Shown here: piece after piece, positions 23,804 to 33,319 of the stretch
How positions within the stretch are numbered: position 1 is the first letter of the stretch
Layout of the letters: each line of letters begins with the position of its first letter
From: Intoshia linei
Lineage: Eukaryota; Animalia; Orthonectida
Direction of reading: 5' to 3'
NCBI GenBank assembly: GCA_001642005.1
Contig: LWCA01000293.1
Location: 1 to 33,319, forward strand
DNA length: 33,319 nucleotides
Position numbers and translations under genes: made by a program
The notes under the pieces: generated by a model
What the model was told of the DNA's origin: nothing
The model's input: the letters and a program-made list of their open reading frames with translations, nothing else
Database searches by the model: none

Positions 23804-24612
23804 ATGTCTGATAGAAAAACATGGGATACTGATTATTATTACCGAAAGATTGAATTTCGAAGGAAAATTGTGTTTTTCCAAATGTTGAACAATTTGTAGG
23901 CAAAAAATATTTAACCCGTGATTATAAAATTGATATTGATTCAAAAATTGTAGATAGTCACGGTTGGGCTAATCAACGTGGAGGTTTGTAATTTAAATTA
24001 TCAATAGTTACATGCGTTTATTACAGTCCTATATTTTTAAACATTACAACAATCGAAACAATAAATATATAGTATACATTTTTATGCATTCACCAAATTT
24101 ACGGGTATTTAAACATGTACAAATGTGGTTAATTAACTAGAAATATTAATCGAATATTTTAACTTTTTAAATTATAGCTATTTTTGCAATATATGCAAAG
24201 TTCTAATAAAGGATTCGATAACGTTTATAGATCATATTAATGGAACAAAACGTAATAATATTAAAATCCTAAATTAAATAATCAGATCAAAGATGTTTGG
24301 GGATGTCTATGGTATTAAAAAGATCCACTCTACAACAAGTACGAGAGAGGATACATCTAAACAAAATGAAATTATTACCTAGTCAAATGAATACTTTGTA
24401 TAGTTTTGAAAAACAAGTTGAAAAGACAAAAACCAAAGATATGAAAAAGAAGTTGAAACGTATTTACACTTAAACATTTATAGAATGATTATCATTGACT
24501 ACAGTTAGACGAAAGAAAAAAAACTATGAAATTAGAGAAACAATACAAAGTGAATTCAAAAGACATGCTTAATATAATGGGATTTACGGAATTCGGCAAA
24601 AAAAATATTTAA
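23804..24612 (+). pseudogene. ZMAT2: Tandem, diverged ZMAT2 paralog with frameshifted first exon (exons about 23804-23983, 24178-24251, 24286-24459, 24509-24612)
   Basis: MSDRKTWD, then in another frame [53 protein letters not shown], and IMGFTEFGKK. Intron positions match the first copy. The ATG frame stops at about 23899, and the exon1/exon2 phases do not match. Confidence 0.75.
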
Positions 24613-25794
24613 ATGTAATTAATAAATATTAAATAGTTGAATTGTTTTTTAGTTTATAGAACAAGTGTTCAGTCGTGTATTAAATTAAAATGTTACAAAC
24701 GCAATTTAATTACATTAAACAATTCACTCAATTTATTAAAAATTATTCGTATAAATCGACACATTAAAAACTAAATCATAATCCACTCCATAAATATACT
24801 TGTCAAATATTAACACTTTCATTAAATGATAATTTTGTGGCAATTAATTTTATATTTTGCATTAAAACACAGACAAGTAAATTGCATTGATGAAATAGGT
24901 ACAGGTAAATTTCTAATAAAATAAATGTAAAGATTGTAGCTTGTAGGCAGGGTTCGCATCAAACCTTGTTAGCAACCACCAAACAACAAAATCTATCTTG
25001 GACTACACCATCACATGAACGTCTAAAGACAATAACAGATAGATATGAAAGTCAATACGACAAATCACTATACTGTCATTGGAAAATTATATGTCATAAT
25101 CTATCCGAAACTGTATTTATCCAACTAAATCAACTCAATCTTACAAACAGTCTAACGTGTAAGAATGAATACCTTGCAATTAAAAATGGTAATTAATAAA
25201 AATAAAGTCATAATATTTAGGAGAATATTTATGGAGTCGCACCTTAAAGAGTTTTTGCGGAGTTGTCAATTCACCCATCAATGTATTCACCAGCCTCGCT
25301 GCTATAAGTGTCATTTTTCGTAATAAATATAATCTGTACAATACTACTTTTTCTCTTAACTATAGATCTGTTCCAATAGGTAATTTTTAGTCAATCATTA
25401 CATTTATATATTTAAATTCACATTAGAAACTTATCATATCATTCACGAAAAAAGTCAATATTTTTCTGTACTTTTATATGCAATTTTTAGCATTGTGCTT
25501 TTATTCACAATTATATGCATACTGTTGATGGTATCTCAATGTAAATATAAATAAATTTTTTTATTGACATATATATTACATTTTACATATAAGAACATCT
25601 ATGCTAAAGCAGCTAATAGATACCTTGGAGGTACTATTCAGGACATAAAATGCTTATAAAACAGTTAATTCATCCTTTAGTTTCTAAAACTATAATTTTA
25701 TGACCATTTAGGGAAGATCACTGATCAAGTATTAATTTTTTATATTTTATTTATTTATAAATAATTATTGTACATAACTAATTAATATTAATAT

Positions 25795-28700
25795 TTATTG
25801 CGCATATTTTTTAAAATATACAATTTCTGGACAACTTTTAAACATGTTTTGTCGATTTCTAGTTATTGCATAAACTTTGGAGGTTCCATTGTTTATATAT
25901 CCATAATACCCCTATAAAATCAATTTTAGTTTTTAAAAATTCAAAAATTCAAAATCAGGGATAATATTCCTATGAATTTAAGACCTTACCCGTATTGTCC
26001 TGTACATAAATAATAAAATAAAAATAATTACAAATTTTAAATGCTTTTTTACAATATTCAGTTCATCCTTTTCCCAATCGAATGTAAATTCATCATTTCC
26101 ACAAATGTAAAGAATTTGATTAGAGTTTTCGCCATACATTAAATGATTTTTATAATTTATATTGAAATTTGTAGTAGACGTTTTTCTCAAAGTTTTTGGG
26201 TATTTTTTTAACAATTTTTGGGTAAATTTGGTATATTTTCTTCGCTTGTAATCAAATTCTACAATCTAAAATTCAAATTAAAATGTAACTACAATAGCGA
26301 CAGATTAAGCGTACCATGGACCAGTTGTGAAAAGTGGACCACTTTTTTTTAAAATTTAAAAATTTTCATTGATGTCAGTTTTTTATATACAATAATTTAA
26401 ATATACTTGCATAAAGTAAACTTTGGAACAAAAAAAGCGGACCATGTACTTTGAAAAATCTGAACAATATTATCATTTTGCTCATAATATTAACAATTTG
26501 GATAGTCTATGTCAGGGGTGGCCAACAGGTCAATCCCGAAATTTTTTGAGTCGATCGCTGGAATATAAAAATTATTATTTATAGAAAATTATATTTGAAC
26601 AAAAATTTTGTGTTCAGATCTACACATTATACTACAATAAACAAGCAGGTCCCGTCATATGCAAGGATCTCTGAAAACACCTTTAAAATGAAGATCTGAT
26701 ACTCCACTATTCATCTTTAACGTAGCGGACGTTTTAGTAGATTTAAGATGTGTTCAGAATACAGCATTGGAAAAATTATTAGAAAGAATTTATAAATTTT
26801 ATTAAATCTTTCAGCATAGTATATTTAAGACTTTAAATAAATATATAATGTAATGAAATTATCAGTGAATATCAGTTAAAAGTATAAAATTAATAATTAA
26901 ACACATTCTCTAGTCCCACATATGAATACTTGCGCATTAACGTGTCTCCATCGTATTATAGATATATTTCTTAATGCGCAATTTTTTCATTGTTATATTT
27001 TATAAGTACTTAAATGACCCATATTAACAATTAACACGTGAATTCTTAATTAAATATCACTCACCACGGTATACGAATATTTTATTATCAAAAAAATAAT
27101 ATTTACAATGGGTCAAAAATCAGATTATTACCGGAAACAAAATCTAAAGTAATTGCTATGCTTGAGCACTAATCGAAATCTTAAATGGAAATTGCAAAAA
27201 TTTGTAATATTTCGGAATCAGCAGTATCAAAAATTAAAATAAAAAATTGTAAAAATTCAAGTTTTGAATAAAACAGAACAAATGTATGCGGGCGTAAAAA
27301 GGTATCAAATAAAAGAATAGATCGAAATAGAGTTAGAATGTCTTTAAAAAATCGATCTATGACTAGTAGTGAGATAGCCTACAATTTGCACAGTGAATGC
27401 AAAAAATTATCTAGAAAAACAGTTAACAATATATTAATTGAGGCATCTTTAAGATCTTATGCTAGACGCAGACAACCCTTATTAACGAAAAAGATGCAAT
27501 TGACTCGATTATAATAGGCCAATAAGCATAAAAATTGTTAAAAATTGTTAAAAATTATAAATTAATAATTAATATTTTATGAGAATTTCTAATAATTTTT
27601 CTAATACTGTATGTTCAATCATGTTTCGGTTCGATATACTTGTGCGAATCAGCGTTTTCTGTAATGAACTCGAAAAATCGGTCGTCCCTTACTGATAAAA
27701 ACTTGGAAAATTTAATGAAGTTATCCTTGTTAAATTACACTTCTAATTTTAACAAACTAGTAAATGACACAAAAATACAACCATCTCATTAATGATTAAA
27801 AGTAAATATTTCAACTAATTATTAACTAATATAGATATTTTAGTAATGCAACGTCACATTTTGATTTTTTTTAACTATAAAGTGTATTTAATTTATATAA
27901 TAAAATTTTACTATTTTTTAATTTATATTACAATGTCCTATTACATATTACTTATTAAATTTCAGTATAGTCGCTTACTAGTATTTCAAAAAATATAAAG
28001 TCAATGTCTAAAAAATCAAGTTGGCCAGCCTGGTCTATGTAAAAACTTTGACTCAAAGCTTTGAACAACATGTAAATAAAACTTTTAAATTTAATTAAAT
28101 AATTAACATTTTTAACAATTCAATCGTATAGTATATATATTATTACACCAGTGGTTCCCGATTGGTGGTCCCGGGACCCCTTGGGGTCCAAAACTACATG
28201 GCTGGGATCCGTGAGATTCAAATAAAATATAGAAAAATTTTTATCAATGTTTTGTTAGTTTTACAGGAGAATTTTCATAGTTGCCAGATGTTGGAAATTT
28301 ATCTTTAAGCCTATATGACCACTACATTATTATTTCAAAAATCCCACTTTTAATAACATTTCATTTCAAATCTTATGTGAAAAATCGACTTTTACCAATA
28401 TTTTTTGAAAAATCCACTTAATCAAACCACAAAATAAAAATACAATTTTAAAATTTTAAAAACGCAGGAAATATCCTTTTATTCCAATTTTTTTAAAAAT
28501 TCCCTTTTTTCAATATTTTTTTGAAAAACATGATTTTACCAAACCTTATGAGAAAAAACTTTTAATTTTTTCTAAATGTTTTATATTTCTTGTTTCCCTA
28601 GCTCTGTACACTATTTGAATAGAGACCACTGAATTATACGGATTAAAAATGCTAAAAACAACAGGGACCAATTACTAAAAGTGGTCCGCTTAATCTTTCC

Positions 28701-31700
28701 ATAGAATGGACTCCAAAGTTCGGAGTTCAGACTGTAGCATTTTCCAATAAGGTACAAAACAGTTACACATGTATTAATAATTAAATGTCGATACAATATA
28801 ACAGTCTATGACTAAGATTACCAATATCTCTCGCCTTATTATAAAAAAAATTTAAAATTCAATATTTTCTATAATATTATTAAAATAAATTAATGATTAA
28901 ATTGTAATTCTAAAAAAAAAATACATTCATGATTTATGGAAAATTCAATTGAAAAATAATAATATTATCTTTTTGAGTACTTTTCGAGTATTAAGGTAGT
29001 GATGTTAAAATAAAAAATTTAACACTTGACCAGGAATTCAAAATTCCGTGTTTTAAATTTTGACTGATTTTATACATTATTCCAGTTAATTTATGGACAA
29101 AAATTTGAAACTCACAAGTTTACGTTTTCCTGGTCAAAAATTACTTTTAATTTATTATCAACCAATACATTTTAACATTGATGAATTATAATGTTAATTA
29201 ACGCTTAGGCGTTTTTGCGATTTCTCTCAAATCTCTTCTCTTCTTCGAAATCTCAAAGATTTACAATTGTATTTAACATTATTTACATGCTAATTGTTAA
29301 CAATTGTTAATATGAGTATTTTTTATATACCCCTCTGGTCATGGGTTTAATTTGTAAAATTATGAAACCGTCTGTACATAGTCTTATCATGTATATCTTG
29401 GTTAGAGAATTAATTCATTAATAAAAATAAAAAATAAAATTAATTTTAATTTTTTTTAATTTATTAATTCATTATTTCTGCAAATAAATGAAATAAATTT
29501 ATGGACAAAATTGGGAAATGTAATGTAAATTTATGTATCCATAATTTAAAAATAATTATTAAAATATTACCATATTATTACAAAATTCCAACAACACCAA
29601 AGAATCCATTAGATGAAATATTAAATCATTAATATCGTTCTTGAATAAATTTTTCGAAATAATCTAGGCAAAAATAAATAAGATGGAACTACAATAAATA
29701 ATAAATGAAACATACTTTAAGGTTCATGTTCTGTTTATCGACAGTAGAATAGGATAAAATATAAACGGTATTTGTAAGTGATAATAAAGCAACAATTGAT
29801 TGGAATTTTGATACAAAAATATTTACAATTTGCTCTAAAAGGTAAAAAAATAGTAATAGCTATAAAAATTACATAAAATTAAAAAGGTACCTTCAAATTT
29901 CCATTTTGCAACAATTTGAAAGCTATCAACCGCATTATAGATAATAAAATCATTTTGAAGGGTAACAGCGACCAAATTTTCATTGATAATATTATCGGAT
30001 AAAAATTCAAAATTGATAAAATATTCAAAACAACTTTCTTGAAAACAGGGAAACTTTAAATTTGAAACAATTTGATAAGATTTGTTAATTTGTTTTTTCT
30101 AAATTTAAATAATAAATTTAAGTCATGTGAATTAAATTTTAATAGTATACCGTATTAGAAATTGAAATCAAATACATTCCGTCAATAGTTGAATAGATAA
30201 TTAAAGAACCTGTTGAGTTAACGGAAAAATTCAGAATAATTATTTCGGAATCCACCTTAACACACATTGACACATCTATTAAAAATAAATTTAAAATATT
30301 TCAATATATTGTACATTGTAGATCAGACTATTAACTAGTTGGGTATTATGGAAATATATATTCGAAAGCAATAAATAAAAAACACAATAGCCATCTAACC
30401 GGTTCAGATACCTACTAATACCGTTTTAACCACCTTCAACAACCTGATGTAAATAATATCTATATATAAATACCTTTATCAACCAAAGTCCACAATTCCA
30501 GCGTTTTAGAATTTGTTTGAACGACAAAATGACCCTTCTTTGTGAATTTCACGGATTTAACTTTAAAAAACTAAATTAAATGTAAAATTACCCATAAAAT
30601 AAAATATTATTATATTACCCTGTCTATACTGGTTATAACTGATTTAATTTTGTTGGATTCTTTATCAACAAAATTAACCATTCCACCATTTCCTATATTT
30701 TTAAATGTATTTATTTTATATTCACTTTAATGTCCATTAAAATGAATGATTTACCTGCAACCAGTACAGAAGTGTCAGTTATGCCAATAGAATGAAAAAT
30801 ATCAAACAATTGACGACGTGACTCAAAAGTTTGTATCCATTCAAAACCATTTTCATTGGTAATTTTTTTAAAGTGAACCAATTTTGCATCTACTCCAGTG
30901 GATATTACAGTGTCCTATTTTTATTTGGATAAAATATAAAATAACCGTATATATTCAAGTGCGCAAGTCTTGAATTTTGATAAAATACAATAAAAATGGA
31001 CAACGTTTTTAGATTTGATTTTGCTAACCAAATTAAAAAATTGTAAATTTCCATTCATTATTTATAACATTTATAAACACTATAAAGAAAGTGTTGATTT
31101 TAAAGAAAATTATATCATTGCAATTTCCACTACAATTGTTAATATAACGATACCATTTTATCGTGCCATAGCAATGAAGCCTAACGTGGGCGGTAGTGCC
31201 AACCTAGGGGCACTGGAGCTATTTGAGGTGCCTTTGAAGGACTCAATTTCTGAAAATAAAATTTGCGATAATTATGCGATAAAACATAACCTTCAAAAAA
31301 CTGTATTAGAAATGGATATTATTAAAACTCTACGCCTCTTACTTTCTTAAATAAACTATAACAAATAAATAAATAAACAGACATATTTTTAACTAACATA
31401 ATTATTAATGTAAATTACTCTATATACGTAAGGATTTACCGTTATAAATTTTTATCGATTGCCAACCCTAGTAATCAGTTTATAACAAAAAAACAATTTA
31501 AGTGGGCGGTGGAATGTTTTAATGGCACTCCTGGGCGCTATGGTGAAAACGCTTAAGAATCACTGTTATAGGCTGCTGATTATTTAATTCAATTAAAGAA
31601 ATATACCTTTAAAACTGAAATAGTTCTGACGTCGTATTTGTGCGAAGAAAATTCCTAAATAAAATTGCATGATTTTAAAAATAAAAACTTTAATAAATCC

Positions 31701-31761
31701 CAATTTGATATCCCAAAATGTTGTAAATCCATCAGAAGTTCCAGTAACAATTGTGATATCA
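25795..31761 (-). CDS. UTP4: U3 snoRNA-associated protein 4 / Cirhin (WD40), multi-exon, 5'-partial (upstream exons expected beyond the right edge)
   Basis: Spliced exons read DITIVTGTSDGFTTFWDIKLGFIK (31761-31689), EFSSHKYDVRTISVLK (31654-31607), DTVISTGVDAKLVHFKK..EWIQT (from 30914), VVQTNSKTLELWTL, NFSVNSTGSLIIYST, IVEFDYKRRKYTKFT (from 26265), and a last exon ...VYAITRNRQNMFKSCPEIVYFKKYAQ* (25911-25795). These match the order of UTP4 motifs (GKVQFWD, LELWRL, IAYST, FEYSI..YTDWS, LPPPIKKKKF) as I recall them. Confidence 0.85.
26513..28032 (+). mobile_element. Internally deleted hAT (Buster/SPIN/GTF2IRD2-like) transposon
   Basis: TIRs CAGGGGTGGCCAAC / GTTGGCCAGCCTG with a perfect 8-bp TSD GTCTATGT (26505-26512, 28033-28040). 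Residual transposase C-terminus FGSIYLCESAFSVMNSKNRSSLTDKNL...IQPSH* at about 27625-27792. Confidence 0.92.
27108..27535 (+). mobile_element. Tc1-like transposase N-terminal (paired/HTH) remnant, pseudogenised, nested in the hAT element
   Basis: MGQKSD..., EIAKICNISESAVSKI, CGRKKVSNKRIDRNRVRMSLKNRSMTSSEI, SRKTVNNIL, ARRRQPLLTKKMQLTRL, with stops and frameshifts. Confidence 0.85.
28149..28215 (+). mobile_element. hAT (Charlie-like) MITE left end
   Basis: CAGTGGTTCCC...GGTCCCGGGACCCCTTGGGGTCC is typical of hAT MITE 5' ends. No partner end was found. Confidence 0.55.
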
Positions 31762-31789
31762 CTAAATAAAGTATATAATAAAATAACAT

Positions 31790-33319
31790 TAGACTGCTAC
31801 TTGTTTTCTGGTAAAACAAGAACTGGCCTTTCGTGGAAATAATACAAATAAGAATTCATTAAATCGCGGTAATTACGTTGAATTAATCAAATATACCGCA
31901 AAATTTGATATCAAATTACAGGAACATTTAAACAATTCATCTGTATTTTCGGGACTGTCTAATTATGTGCAAAATAATTTAATTGATGCCATTTGCAAAG
32001 TTGTAGAAAATAGTATTATATAAGAGATTAAAAAAACACCATTCGTTGCAATTGAAGTCGATGAAGCCACCGATGTTAATAACGCAGCTTATTATTCCAC
32101 AATATTTAGATATTTGTTAGATGGAGAATCAAAAGAGACATTCATAGGTTTTAAAGAAATCAAAGACAGAACAGCCTTTGGTGTAGCAAAGTATATATTT
32201 CATAACCTCGAAAAATACAATTGCAAAGATAAACTAGTGGCTCAAACGTATGATGGAGCAAGTGTAATATTTTCTAATTTAAATGGTGTACAAGCTAAAG
32301 TAAAGGAAATTGCCCCATCAGCACTCTTTACACATTGCTACGCTCATAAATTAAATTTTGTCTCAATCAACCAAAAATATGCTAGAATGTAAATCATTTT
32401 TTATGACCTGCGATGGTTTTTCTGCATTTTTTAGTCATTCTACAAAAAGAACTCAATTACTTAATGAAATAGTTAAAAAACGTATCCCTAGGACTGCTCC
32501 GACAAGATGGAGTTCTAAGTTTAAATTAGTTCAAACTATAATACACTATCATTATGATCTTTGTCAGCTTTTCAGTTCTATTATTATCTATTATTGATAA
32601 TCATTTTAAGTGGGATTCTAATACTTCACTGGTGAGCCAAGGCTTTCTAAATTGGTTAATGAAAGATTCAACTTATTTTTTACTTGTTGTGTGTAACGAA
32701 ATTTTTGTTAAAACTGATACACTTTTCAACGTGTTACAAACAAAAATTGTAGATATATCGTATTGCATTAAAAAAATAAATGAAACCAACAAATCACTTC
32801 AATTATTAAGAAGCCATTTTGATGACATATATGAAAACTTTAATTGTTATTCCAAAAAGAACAACCTCATTGAAAAAAAATCTAGAAATAATAAAGACAA
32901 CAGACAAGAAAATAAACGAATTTTTTTATTTATACTCGATATTGTATGTCAACAAATAAATCAGAGGTTTAAGACTTCAAGGAACTTAGGTTTATTTCTT
33001 TGGTAAGCCCCATTAAAAATTCTAATATTGTTTTTGAAATGGACAAATTAGCTTTAAATTGTTTAGAGCATAATTATGGTCAGTTTTTTGATGTCATGCG
33101 ATTGAAAATTAATCTAGTTGGGATTTACAATTACGAAATGCTAAAATCAAAATCTATTAAAGATCTTCTTACTTTCATATTTGAAAACAATCTAAACTAA
33201 ACTTTTTGTGAAATTATTAAATTGTTACAGTTAATATTGACCATTCCAGCAACAAACTGTTTCGATGGAAAGATCTTTTTCCACTTTAAAGCGGATAAAA
33301 TCTTTCAGTAGAAATAGAA
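31790..33319 (+). mobile_element. Degenerate hAT transposase (ZMYM1-like, DUF4371 plus hAT dimerisation domain), runs off the window edge
   Basis: KQELAFRG..NRGNYVEL, FVAIEVDEATDV, AQTYDGASV, FTHCYAHKLN, APTRWSS, ILTIPAT..ERSFSTLKRIK, broken by several frameshifts and stops. Accounts for ORFs 32114, 32358, 32554 and 33000. Confidence 0.92.

Noticed and set aside
24966-25196. 76-aa ORF between the ZMAT2 copy and UTP4
   Set aside because: Non-ATG start, no recognisable motif and no convincing splice context.
25990-25999. Apparent 10-nt minus-strand exon (cag|GACAATACGG|gtaag) in the last UTP4 intron
   Set aside because: Including it shifts the frame away from the UTP4-like C-terminus, whereas skipping it keeps the frame. 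Left unresolved.
28611-28796. 61-aa minus-strand ORF as a UTP4 exon
   Set aside because: It overlaps repeat-like sequence, and UTP4 splices in frame from 29571 to 26265 without it.
31015-31350. 111-aa plus-strand ORF
   Set aside because: Lies antisense within a UTP4 intron and overlaps MITE-like sequence, with no protein motif.

Overview
Very AT-rich (roughly 75-80% A+T by eye) eukaryotic, probably metazoan, genomic DNA with short GT-AG introns (down to about 34 nt) and many DNA-transposon remnants. The right half holds ordinary genes: intronless VIPAS39/SPE-39 (-), head-to-head with a 4-exon ZMAT2/Snu23 (+), a degenerate tandem ZMAT2 copy, and a 5'-partial multi-exon UTP4/Cirhin (-) whose introns contain nested hAT/Tc1 elements. 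The left 18 kb has no real ORFs, but it is not empty. On the + strand the pattern (T/C/A)AG-NNN-GT(A) recurs about every 55-120 nt, broken mainly by transposon insertions. I read this as about 82 three-nucleotide exons, plus a few 6- and 15-nt exons. Joined in order, they give one stop-free phase-1 frame of about 93 codons (NTLYNVVDTIYDAKKSKDEINEIE...AYQILNDDKVVLED*) that ends on a TAA just inside a terminal exon at 17976. The other two frames contain stops. This looks like an extreme micro-exon gene with about one codon per exon, invisible to ORF finders and standard aligners. Its 5' end probably lies left of the window. It was read by hand and has no transcript confirmation.
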